Shown: piece after piece, positions 46,578 to 55,445 of the stretch
Position numbering within the stretch: position 1 is the stretch's first letter
Layout of the letters: each line of letters begins with the position of its first letter
Source of the DNA: Deltaproteobacteria bacterium
Lineage (GTDB): Bacteria; Myxococcota; JADLHZ01
NCBI GenBank assembly: GCA_020848545.1
Contig: JADLHZ010000031.1
Location: forward strand, 18,483 to 82,482
Direction of reading: 5' to 3'
DNA: 64,000 nucleotides
Translations under genes and position numbers: made by a program
The notes under the pieces: generated by a model
Databases searched by the model: none
What the model was told of the DNA's origin: nothing
What the model saw: only the letters and a program-made list of their open reading frames with translations

Positions 46578-47156
46578 CTAGCACTTCGCGCCGGGCGGCA
46601 GCTTGTGCGGGTTCTCCATGTGCGCTGCGAGGAAGCGCCGCAGGGACAGGCGCCCGTTCTCCTCGACGAGGATGACGCTCACGTCGAGCCACCGGCCGTT
46701 TTGATCGGCGCCATAGAGATGCACGGCGAACTCGCCGGGCTCGAGCGGGATCATGCCGTGGTCCCAGGGCGGCGGCTCGTCGGCCTTGGCTCCGTGTTTG
46801 TGCGCGGCGGCGGCGGCCTGCGGCACCACGTGAAAGTGCTTGATCGCCGTCAACTGACCGAACTGGGCATAGAAGGTGGAGAGGTCGCCGAGGAAGTGCG
46901 CGTCATTGGCGTAACACGCGGCGCTTTTCAGGCACGCGTCGTCCTTGCTCCGGTAGCTGCCTGTGGTCGCCGAGCCTTTGGTGTCGACGTGCGCCTGCAG
47001 GAAGATCTTCACGGCTTGCTCAGCGAAGGCGACGCGGCTGCGCTCCTCGGCGGTCGTAGGCGGATGCGGGTTTTCGTCCGGGGGGCGCGGCGGGGCTTGC
47101 TTCGCGTAGGCGTTCGTCGCGAGGAGGCAAAAGAGGAGCGTGGCGCGCAGGATCAT
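46578..47156 (-). CDS. Secreted hypothetical protein (192 aa)
   Basis: Signal peptide MILRATLLFCLLATNAYA. Balanced composition. The opposite-strand ORF 46557..47243 is RG-rich and judged spurious. Confidence 0.5.
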   Translation of the reverse strand: MILRATLLFCLLATNAYAKQAPPRPPDENPHPPTTAEERSRVAFAEQAVKIFLQAHVDTKGSATTGSYRSKDDACLKSAACYANDAHFLGDLSTFYAQFGQLTAIKHFHVVPQAAAAAHKHGAKADEPPPWDHGMIPLEPGEFAVHLYGADQNGRWLDVSVILVEENGRLSLRRFLAAHMENPHKLPPGAKC

Positions 47157-47255
47157 CCGGCGAGAATAGCACCGGCGTTTGGGCCCGCCATTCTGCGCAA
47201 CGACGGGTCGATTGCCCGTGACAAGAGCGCGCGGCTCCACTAGTGCGCGTGCCCC

Positions 47256-47963
47256 ATGTGCCCCTACGACACCTGGCCGGCCGCCACCGTTTCGTTTTGC
47301 GAAGCGCGGCTCTGCGATGCGGTGCGTGAGCCTTCGAACGCGTGGTCGAGCGCGGCGTACGTCGTCGCCGGGATCTTGCTCTTGCTGCGGCCGCACGGTC
47401 CGGCGCGCGATCAGGCCCGGGCGATCGGCCTGACGACCTTCTTCGTCGGCTTCGGCTCGTTCTTCTTTCACATGACGGCGAGCTTCGTCGGCGAGGTGGT
47501 CGATCTGTCGACGATGTACCTCGTCAGCGGCCTCATGCTCTCGCTCGAGCTGAACCGCTTCTTGAAGCTCGAGCGGCGGCGCTTCATTTGGCTTTACTGC
47601 GCGCTCGTCGTGCTGCCGATCGGGCTCGTCGTGTGGCTGCGCAGCGTGGGCATCGCGCTCTTTGCGGCTCAGATTGGCACGACGGTCGTGCTGCTCCACC
47701 TCGAGCCGCGCTTGCTGCCCGGAACGGACTACCGGCCGATGTATTGGCTACAGGGGACGTACGCGTTCGCGTCGCTCATCTGGCTCGGGGATCAAACCGG
47801 CCGCCTGTGCGCGCCCGCGAACCACGTCTTCACCGGCCACGCGATGTGGCACGTGCTCGGCGCGACCTGCATGGTGATCTTCGCCGCGCACCGGCACGCG
47901 TGCGAAGCGACGGTGCCAGCGCGGGCTTCGGTCGACCCCGGTGGCGCCGCCGAGTTGTCGTAA
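47256..47963 (+). CDS. Alkaline ceramidase-like membrane hydrolase
   Basis: N-terminal C..WP..FCE...C...EP.N..S motif. 7 TM. Conserved His and Asp residues. Confidence 0.6.
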   Translation: MCPYDTWPAATVSFCEARLCDAVREPSNAWSSAAYVVAGILLLLRPHGPARDQARAIGLTTFFVGFGSFFFHMTASFVGEVVDLSTMYLVSGLMLSLELNRFLKLERRRFIWLYCALVVLPIGLVVWLRSVGIALFAAQIGTTVVLLHLEPRLLPGTDYRPMYWLQGTYAFASLIWLGDQTGRLCAPANHVFTGHAMWHVLGATCMVIFAAHRHACEATVPARASVDPGGAAELS

Positions 47964-48172
47964 ACCGATTCGGCGTGGGCGCGTGCGAGCCCTTGGCGCG
48001 GTTGGTCATTGGCACGTCCGACTTTTCGCGCCGGCAGGGCTTGGTTGCTTCTGCGGCTTCCGAGCGAGACTCCTGCGTGCTGCGGCCGAAGTTGAGCTTA
48101 GCGGCTGCGCATGTGTTTTCGGTTGCGGCCTTTATGCGTGGCAGCGGTTCGATCGTTCTGTGCTCGGCGCCG

Positions 48173-49009
48173 TCAGCGCGTGGCCCACGGGTGCATCGCG
48201 AGCACGCGTTCGAGGCGGCGTCCGCGCGCCCGTGAAATCGGCGGATCGGCGCTCGTATGTAGCTCGGCGAACGAAGTGAAGCTATCGACCTCGATGTAGC
48301 GCGTACGCGTGTTCGACGCTGCGATCTTGCACCGCACGACGTTCATCGCGCCGAAGTGCTTCGCCGCGTTCCTGAACAGGTACTCGAGGCAATTCGCGAT
48401 TTCGGTCGGTGTTTGGAGGGCATGCAGATGGTAGCGTTCGAGGAACACTGGGCCAATCCAGCCGGGCCTCACGCTCATTGCGCCGTCGCGCGGATCGAGC
48501 GACCCACCGGCCTCGCGCACGCTCGCGGCGTTGAGCGAACGCGCGAGGCTGATCGCGATCTTCTGCACCCCGCGCGCGAGCCACTTTGACGAGTCGACCT
48601 CGCACAACATGTGCACGTGGTCACCGAGCACCGCGTAGTGGACGAGGCGAAAGCCATCGCCATCGCGCGCAGCGTCCTGCCGCTCGACAACCCGCGGCAG
48701 ACCCCGCGACACGAGGCGAAAACGCGAAAACGCTCGCTTCACGAGCGCATACGTCTTGCGCTTGCGCAGACTGGGCACGTTGCGACGCAACTTCAACGTC
48801 ACGTGCACCGCGCTCTGGATTCCAAGAGTCGGGCGCGGGATGTGCGGCGCCACCTTCTTTGCCCCCGCAGGTTTTGGCGGCCGCCCCGGACCTCGCTTGA
48901 TGTCGCGCGCTTTCTTCCCATCCAAGCGCTCCGCGATTTGCCGATTCACCGAACGCTCGGAGCGTCCGAACGGCAGCATGGCTTGGCGCGGAATGCGTTT
49001 CATGTTCAT
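48173..49009 (-). mobile_element. IS200/IS605-superfamily Y1 (RAYT-like, COG1943) transposase gene, solitary
   Basis: HxH motif LGDHVHMLCEV. C-terminal catalytic Tyr region FLERYHLHALQTP...YLFRNAAKH. Lower-GC, AT-rich flank at 49010..49080. Confidence 0.7.
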
Positions 49010-49349
49010 AATTATATGCAGATCTATTGATTTGTCAATGACAGTGAGGTAGATTGTTGAAGATAGGGTGGCGAATCCTTGGGCGGTGCGAACCGAGGAC
49101 ATTCCTGACGGGGTGAGCCTGCGCTGCAGCGGCGTTGCTGAACCAACCGCGTCAGCGCAGATCCATCGCACCGGCTGCTCCGCATATAGGCGGCCGCGGA
49201 GGTGGTTCGAAGCACGGAGTCATGCCCGCCGGCGCATGCAGGAGGTCATTCGAAGGGACACGCAAGAGATGGACGCAGCAACGCCTCATGCGCACCACGA
49301 AGGCTGCGACGAATGAACCAAGCTCGCGCTAAGTGCTGTATTGAAGATC

Positions 49350-49400
49350 GCGCGCGTGACAGAGGGCGCGCGTGACAGATCGCGCGCAAGGACAGAGGAC
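49350..49400. repeat. Three tandem about 16-bp GC-rich repeats (GCGCGCGTGACAGAG-like), REP-like, beside the RAYT gene and the 3' end of the M36 gene
   Basis: gcgcgcgtgacagag / ggcgcgcgtgacagat / cgcgcgcaaggacagagg. Confidence 0.5.
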
Positions 49401-49404
49401 GCGC

Positions 49405-52400
49405 CTACGAACGCCGCCGCCGCCGCCCGGCGATCACCAGCGCCGCGAGCGCCAGCACGATCGCATCGCCCGGGTTCGCCCCTTGCCGGCAACCGCAGCC
49501 CGTCGTCTCCGCGATCGGTCCGGCCGCGGCAGGAGCCGCCGGTGTATTCGGCGTCGCCGGCGTCTTCCCTGCGACTTCTTCCTCTTCCGCGGCGCCCGGC
49601 ACCTTGCAGGAGCCATCGTCCACGACGATCGTCGAGAAGGGCTTGTTCTTGATCCCCGAGAACTTCAAGTCGTCGATGTTCCAGCCGACCGATCCCGCCG
49701 CGTCGTCGGTGCCGATGCGGAAGCGGATCTGCACCGTCTGCCCCTGGTACGCGTCGCCGAGCTCGAGCGTGACGTCCTTCATCTCGGGATAGCCTTCGCT
49801 GGTGCCGCCGTACGCCTTCTTGCCCTTCAGCGGGTTCGCGCTCATCTGCGCCTCGATTGTCCCGGTGTACCGGGGCGTCGCGTGGGCGCCGATGTCTTCC
49901 CATGTCTTGCCGCCGTCGCTCGACAGCTCGATGACGCCGCCGTCGTAGTAGCGCTGGTGCCGCGCTTCGAAGCGATGGCTGTGCTTGAAGGTGATCGTCA
50001 GATCGCCCGTGTCGGCGACCTCGAGCACCGGCGACGTGAGGTACATGTCCGCCGGCTCGGTCGCGTTGACGCCGAACCAGTGATGATTCTCGGCGTCCTT
50101 CTGCACGCGGGCGAAGTCGAAGTTGCCGAGCTTCGGATCGTGCGTCGCGGTCCAGGCGCTCACGTCGGCCTCGACGTCGTCGTCGGCCGAGGTCTTGGGC
50201 GCGACGTTGTAGTTGGCGCGCACTTGCAGCGTGCCGTCGACGGTGCCGGCGACCGCGAGCGAAGGATCGCTGACGGCGATCGAGAACGCGATCGCCGTGA
50301 TGTCCTTGGCGCCGCTCAACGACACGCCGATGATCCCCTTCTGCGTGGCGAAGGGCTGCATGGGCGCGAAGGTGATGACGCCGCCGTTGTCGAGCGTGAC
50401 GCCCGGGGTCGTGGTCGTCACCGTTGCTTTGGTCGCCTTCAATTGACCGATGCCGGTGTTCTTCACCGTCACTTCGATCTCGGCCGTGTCGTCGTTGTCC
50501 AAGACCTCGTCCGGCGCGCACTTCGGCGACGCTTCGAAGAGGGCGGCCGACGCCATCGCGACGTCGTTGCCGAAAGCGAAGCTCTCGACCACCGGCTTGT
50601 TGTCGCGCGAGAAGCGATCCGGTCCCGTGGCGCGCAGGCCGGCACCGCGCTTGGCGAAGGCTTTCGCAAAGGTGGCGAAGTCGGTCGCGTCCTTGGCGGC
50701 GGCGGCTGCGAGCACGGCGTCGCGCGCTTCGAGCAAGGTCGGGCTCATCGGCGTCAGCTTCAGCGATGCGACGAGGTAGGAGCGCATGCGCTTCTGTGCT
50801 TCGGTGAAAGAGTGGCGCGGATCGTTGAGCAGCCCGACGTAGCACTCCCACAGCATGTTCGCCCACACTTCGCCGGCGGCGTGCGCTTCGTTGTTGTCGC
50901 CGCCGTCGTCACCGTATGCGTACGGCGCCGGTGGCAGCGCCACGTCGGCTTGGATGTGTTTGAAGGTCAGCGGGTTCTTCGCCATGTTCGTCGAGTACGG
51001 CACGCGGCGGATGCCGAAGTACATGCCCTGGTTGGCGCCGCCGCTCGAGGTGTATTGCGCGAGCGCGTAGACGCCGGAGTAGTTGGCGTTGTTCGGCTTC
51101 GTCTTGTCAGCCTCGCGCGCGGTCATGAGCAGCGCGCCAAAGTCCGACCAACCTTCGCCGAGCGCGCCCGAGAAGAAGCTGTTCAGGCCGTTGCCGTTGC
51201 CGACGAGGCGCCCCGACAAATAATGCGTCCACTCGTGCGCGACGATCAGGTTGTCGATCGTGCCGTCGCGTTCGGGCACGGCGCCGCGGTCGAGCTTCGC
51301 CGTCACGGTTTGGCCGGCGATGAGCGCTCCCGCGATCGTCGCGCCGTCCGCCTGGGAGATCATGAGCGACGGGCAGCTGACGCTCACTTCGAGCGGGTTG
51401 TTCGAGCGCGGCATCTCCACCGGATCGCCCGGCACGTTGTTGACGACGATGACGCCGATGGCGCCTGCGGCCTGCGCGTTGTTCACCTTGTCGACGAAGC
51501 GACAGGTGCCGCGATCGAGCAGCGCGATCTTGCCGGAGAGCGCCGCTGCGTTGGCGAAGGGCGTCTGGCACGCGTCACTGAGGACGCCGGTGCCGTCGTT
51601 CACGCGCACGACCTCGGCCGTCACGGAGAAGCTCGACGGACCGAAGCCAGCGGCGGCGGCGGTCTTGGTCCCGGCGATGCCGGCGGGCGCGGTGACTTGC
51701 ACGGTGCCGCCGCTGATCGGGCTGAACACGTACATCTGCATGATCGGGCTCTCGCCGTCGCCCGGGGTCTGCATGTTCGCGTTGTTCTTACCGGAGTAGT
51801 CCTGCGCCTCGGCGAGCATGCGGTCGCCGCCCGTGCCGCCGCGGCCGAAGTTGTCGTGCTGCGCGTTGCCAGCGGCCTCGTTGAAGCCGAGATCATAGTA
51901 GACGTCGTGCAGGTAGTTCGTGACATAGAAGAGCGAGGTCGTCGCCGCCATGATCTGTGCTTCGTTCAGGTTCGGCGCCTTCGTCGTGTCGTAGGTGCGG
52001 TCGAACACGCCTGGCGCGGTCGTCGTCGGCACGAGGTCGCCCGCGCCGAGGCCGTCCGGGCTCTTGAGGTCGGCGTAGGCGCTCACGTTGTTACCGGCGG
52101 TCGTCGTCGCGCCGGCCGGGAGCCAAGGATCGTTCGTGCTGATCGGCCCGTGATCGATCGAGCGCAGCACCGGCGCGATGAACGGCGCTTGATACCCGTC
52201 CGGCATGCCCGTCGGGTGCGGCGTCACCTTGCCCATCGGACCGTCGTCCGGGATGCCGTTCTGGTCGGCCCAGACGCGGTAGCTGAAGGCGTGCGACGTG
52301 AGGTTGTTGCGGAAGAGCAAGCGGCCGTCCGCCGCCGACACGACATAAGAATAGTAGTCCGAGTCGAGGCGCTCCTCGAGGCCGACGTTGAGCTCCACGT

Positions 52401-53085
52401 ACCACGCGGCTTCGACGCCGTCCGGCAACGCGAACCACACCCGCTTCGCGCGCGCGGGCCGCACGAGGTGCACGTTCGGCGCCGCCGCATCGAGCGCGTA
52501 GGTCGCGCCGTCGCCTTTCGTTTCGCCGGTGGCCGAAAACGCCGCGTCGTCGCCTGTGAGATCGAGGAACGCGAAGGCCAACGCGTCTTCGGCGCCGAGC
52601 CTGAACGTCGCGCGGCCGCCGAGCGGAAGCTGCGGCGACAGGTGACCGCTGATCGCCACGAGCGCGTGCGCGCGGTTCATCGCGACCTTGAGCTCGTGGC
52701 GGAACACGTCGATGCCGGCGATGCGCTGCTTGAACGCGACGATGATCGCGCCATCGCCGGTGTCATGCACTTCGCGCACCGCCGCGGTCGCGAGCACGGC
52801 CGGGCTCACGCGATAGCGATCGGCGTAGGCACCAAGATACGTCCACGCCGCCGTCTCGGTATCGAGGCCGTCGGCGAGCGCCGCATCTTCCGGCGCGGCC
52901 CAGGTGATCGTCGGCAAGGCGGTTCGCGCGTCGATCGCATCGCCCGGCGCTCCCGGCAGCGACACTTTCGGGGCGCTCTCATTGGCGTCGAAGTTCGCTG
53001 GTGTGCGGATCGGGTCGAGTCGACCATCCGCCTGGCATGCAGCCGCGGCGACCAGGGAAAGCGCGAGGAGTCTCCGAACGACCAT
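49405..53085 (-). CDS. M36 (fungalysin) family metallopeptidase with PA domain and MYXO-CTERM sorting tail
   Basis: HEWTHYLSGRL zincin motif. FTP/PepSY-like N-terminal region. PA domain. C-terminal GCGC...IVLALAALVIAGRRRRRS. GGAGG RBS at start 53085. Confidence 0.9.
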   Translation of the reverse strand: MVVRRLLALSLVAAAACQADGRLDPIRTPANFDANESAPKVSLPGAPGDAIDARTALPTITWAAPEDAALADGLDTETAAWTYLGAYADRYRVSPAVLATAAVREVHDTGDGAIIVAFKQRIAGIDVFRHELKVAMNRAHALVAISGHLSPQLPLGGRATFRLGAEDALAFAFLDLTGDDAAFSATGETKGDGATYALDAAAPNVHLVRPARAKRVWFALPDGVEAAWYVELNVGLEERLDSDYYSYVVSAADGRLLFRNNLTSHAFSYRVWADQNGIPDDGPMGKVTPHPTGMPDGYQAPFIAPVLRSIDHGPISTNDPWLPAGATTTAGNNVSAYADLKSPDGLGAGDLVPTTTAPGVFDRTYDTTKAPNLNEAQIMAATTSLFYVTNYLHDVYYDLGFNEAAGNAQHDNFGRGGTGGDRMLAEAQDYSGKNNANMQTPGDGESPIMQMYVFSPISGGTVQVTAPAGIAGTKTAAAAGFGPSSFSVTAEVVRVNDGTGVLSDACQTPFANAAALSGKIALLDRGTCRFVDKVNNAQAAGAIGVIVVNNVPGDPVEMPRSNNPLEVSVSCPSLMISQADGATIAGALIAGQTVTAKLDRGAVPERDGTIDNLIVAHEWTHYLSGRLVGNGNGLNSFFSGALGEGWSDFGALLMTAREADKTKPNNANYSGVYALAQYTSSGGANQGMYFGIRRVPYSTNMAKNPLTFKHIQADVALPPAPYAYGDDGGDNNEAHAAGEVWANMLWECYVGLLNDPRHSFTEAQKRMRSYLVASLKLTPMSPTLLEARDAVLAAAAAKDATDFATFAKAFAKRGAGLRATGPDRFSRDNKPVVESFAFGNDVAMASAALFEASPKCAPDEVLDNDDTAEIEVTVKNTGIGQLKATKATVTTTTPGVTLDNGGVITFAPMQPFATQKGIIGVSLSGAKDITAIAFSIAVSDPSLAVAGTVDGTLQVRANYNVAPKTSADDDVEADVSAWTATHDPKLGNFDFARVQKDAENHHWFGVNATEPADMYLTSPVLEVADTGDLTITFKHSHRFEARHQRYYDGGVIELSSDGGKTWEDIGAHATPRYTGTIEAQMSANPLKGKKAYGGTSEGYPEMKDVTLELGDAYQGQTVQIRFRIGTDDAAGSVGWNIDDLKFSGIKNKPFSTIVVDDGSCKVPGAAEEEEVAGKTPATPNTPAAPAAAGPIAETTGCGCRQGANPGDAIVLALAALVIAGRRRRRS

Positions 53086-53270
53086 GAGGTGCCTCCAACG
53101 AGGCGGAGCGGATAGCAGGATGGGCGGGAAAATGAAGCGAAATTTAGTGCGATAATCGTTCAGTTTTTTTTCACGATTGCCGGCGCCGAAAAGCGTGGGC
53201 GAAGCGCAGCGCGCAGCCGCAGGTGAGCTGACCCTGGCCATCGACCTTGGATCGCGCGTAGAGGGGCGCC

Positions 53271-53666
53271 ATGCGTCGTGCGTCCCTGCTCGCCTTGTTC
53301 CTCTTCGCCGCCTGCGGACCGAAGCCCTTCGTGCCGACCGACAAGATCGCCACGCTCGATCGCTTGGACGACGTGATGCACGTGCAAGCGCGCGACGCCG
53401 ATCCGTGGTTCAAGAAGATTGGCCAAGCGCAGTACGCCGACGCCGATTGGGAAGCGCTCGCCACCGTCGCGCTGCGCATGCAAACGACGGCGGCCAAGAG
53501 CAAGTCGTTCTCGCGCGGGCAGAGCTTCGACGTCCTCGCCGATCGGCTCGCCAAAGACGGCGCCGACCTTGCGGCGGCGGTAAGCACCAAGGAAGCGCCG
53601 GCGGTGAACGCAGCGCTCGAGAAGATGCGCGGCACCTGCCGGGCGTGCCACAAAGAATTCAAGTGA
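53271..53666 (+). CDS. Cytochrome c'-like lipoprotein (third copy)
   Basis: Lipobox LFLFAACG. Helical. C-terminal CRACHKEF. Confidence 0.55.
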   Translation: MRRASLLALFLFAACGPKPFVPTDKIATLDRLDDVMHVQARDADPWFKKIGQAQYADADWEALATVALRMQTTAAKSKSFSRGQSFDVLADRLAKDGADLAAAVSTKEAPAVNAALEKMRGTCRACHKEFK

Positions 53667-53743
53667 GTCCGGGCTCCAACGTAAGTCCTTCAGCCGAGTC
53701 GGGGCCCTTTGACGCTCGCGCCGCGTGCCGCTAGAAGCGCGCC

Positions 53744-54784
53744 GTGCCGTCCCTCAAACGCAGGCTGCTTTTCGCCGCGGCCTTTTTTCTCTCGCTCAAC
53801 GCGATCGGAGTGATCGGATACTGGAGGCTCGCCGAGGGCGACGCTTCGCTCGTCGACGCGCTTTATATGACCGTGACGACGATCGCTTCGGTCGGGTTCG
53901 GCGAAATCACGAAGAATTCGAACAGCGCCGTCGGGCGAATGTTCACCATCGGCCTCATCTACACGAACATGATCACGCTCGTCTTCGTCACCACGGCGCT
54001 CACCGCGGTCCTGGTCGAAGGTGAGCTCACGCGCATGTTGGAGAAACGTCGCATGTCCAAGCGCATTCATTCGCTTCACGACCACTTCATCGTTTGCGGA
54101 GTCGGTTCGACGGGCATTCACGTCGTGCGCGAGCTCTGCCTCACGGAACGGCCTGTACTGTTCATCGAGCACGGCGAGGAGCGTGCGCGGCACGTGATCT
54201 CGGAGATCGAGCCGATCGTCAAGAAGAAGGAGCAGCTCGCGTACATCGTCGGCGACGCCACCGACGATCTCTTGCTCGAAGAGGCTGGCATCAAGCGCGC
54301 GCGCGGGATCGTGGCGTCGTTGCCAAACGACAAAGACAACCTGTTCATCGTCGTCACGGCCAAGCAGCTCAATCCCGACCTGCGCATCATCGCACGCGTG
54401 AGCGACTCCGCCTCTATCGACAAGCTCAGGCGGGCCGGCGCTCATTCGGTGATCTCTCCAAACATGATCGGCGGCATGCGCATGGTGAGCGAGCTCGTTC
54501 GCCCGAGCGTCGTGAGCTTTCTCGACATCATGCTTCGTGACAAGGACGCTGCCATGCGTATCGAGGAGGTTGTCGTCGGGCCCAGGGCGCCCTTCGCGAA
54601 CAAGCGCTTGCGCGAGGCGCCGCTGCGCAGCGAATTCGAGTGCCAAGTCCTTGCCGTGCGCCCGAGCCCCGATTCGCCCTTTGACTACAACCCGAAAGCG
54701 GACACTCCGATGACGCCCGGCGTGACGCTCATCGTCCTCGGCAGCGCCGCGAACGTCAACCGCCTCCGCAGCGCCGCGGCGTGA
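53744..54784 (+). CDS. RCK/TrkA-gated 2-TM potassium channel (MthK-like)
   Basis: Pore helix and filter TIASVGFGE. RCK N-domain FIVCGVGSTG. TrkA-C domain. Confidence 0.85.
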   Translation: MPSLKRRLLFAAAFFLSLNAIGVIGYWRLAEGDASLVDALYMTVTTIASVGFGEITKNSNSAVGRMFTIGLIYTNMITLVFVTTALTAVLVEGELTRMLEKRRMSKRIHSLHDHFIVCGVGSTGIHVVRELCLTERPVLFIEHGEERARHVISEIEPIVKKKEQLAYIVGDATDDLLLEEAGIKRARGIVASLPNDKDNLFIVVTAKQLNPDLRIIARVSDSASIDKLRRAGAHSVISPNMIGGMRMVSELVRPSVVSFLDIMLRDKDAAMRIEEVVVGPRAPFANKRLREAPLRSEFECQVLAVRPSPDSPFDYNPKADTPMTPGVTLIVLGSAANVNRLRSAAA

Positions 54785-54979
54785 GCATCGTCACGCTCGT
54801 GGCTGTAATCTAGCCTTCCGCATGCCGGCTATCGATACTGGAATGTCGCTTTCGTACGAGAATTTTCGAGGAAATGCCTAGCTTCGCACTCGCAAATCAG
54901 CATATGAGCAGCGCTCTGTTTGACCTGGGCTGCGTTTGCAGCCGAGAAATTGCGGGTAAAAACCTCAAGGAGAGATGAA

Positions 54980-55291
54980 ATGGCGAAGGGTAAAGTGGCA
55001 ACCAAGAGCGAGATCATCGGCAACATTTCGAGCGCGACCGAGCTGTCGAAGAAGCAGGTTTCGGCCGTGCTCGAAGCGCTCGCTGGTGAGATCAAGAAGG
55101 GCTTGAAGGGTCCGGGCGTGTTCGCGATCCCGGGCCTCGTCAAGATCGAGAAGAAGAAGGTGCCGGCCCGTCCGGCGCGCAAGAACGTTCCGAACCCCTT
55201 CAAGCCGGGCGAGCTCATGAACGTCGCGGCGAAGCCGGCCAGCACGAAGATCAAGGTGCGTCCGCTCAAGAGCCTGAAAGACATGATCTAA
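54980..55291 (+). CDS. HU-family nucleoid-associated DNA-binding protein with extended basic C-terminus
   Basis: MAKGKVATKSEIIGNIS...GFGTF-like arm RPARKNVPNPFKPGE. AAGGAGAG RBS. Confidence 0.9.
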   Translation: MAKGKVATKSEIIGNISSATELSKKQVSAVLEALAGEIKKGLKGPGVFAIPGLVKIEKKKVPARPARKNVPNPFKPGELMNVAAKPASTKIKVRPLKSLKDMI

Positions 55292-55295
55292 GTTT

Positions 55296-55375
55296 CCCAC
55301 GTGGCCGTCGCCGTGGTCGTGGCCGTCGCCGATCACAATCGGCGACGTTCACGGCCACGGCCACGGCCACGAGAT
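55296..55375. repeat. Long imperfect palindrome built from GTGGCC/GTCGCC hexamers downstream of HU gene
   Basis: cacgtggccgtcgccgtggtcgtggccgtcgccgat / atcggcgacgttcacggccacggccacggccacg with loop cacaa. Precedes the canonical terminator. Confidence 0.6.
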
Positions 55376-55382
55376 TCGAATC

Positions 55383-55415
55383 AAACGCCGAGTGACCCTC
55401 GGCGTTTTTTTTTGC
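55383..55415 (+). terminator. Rho-independent terminator after HU gene
   Basis: Stem ACGCCGAG/CTCGGCGT with loop TGACC, followed by T9. Confidence 0.8.
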
Positions 55416-55445
55416 CCTCGGCCCGCGCGGCGGTACACACAGGAC

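Noticed and set aside
49372-53115. 1247-aa ORF on plus strand
   Set aside because: Runs antisense to the M36 protease. RG-rich and low-complexity, with no domain signatures, typical of a high-GC shadow ORF.
54805-54979. Sigma-54-like TGGGCTGCGTTTGCA upstream of HU
   Set aside because: The GG-to-GC spacing is 9, not 10. HU is expected to be sigma-70 driven.
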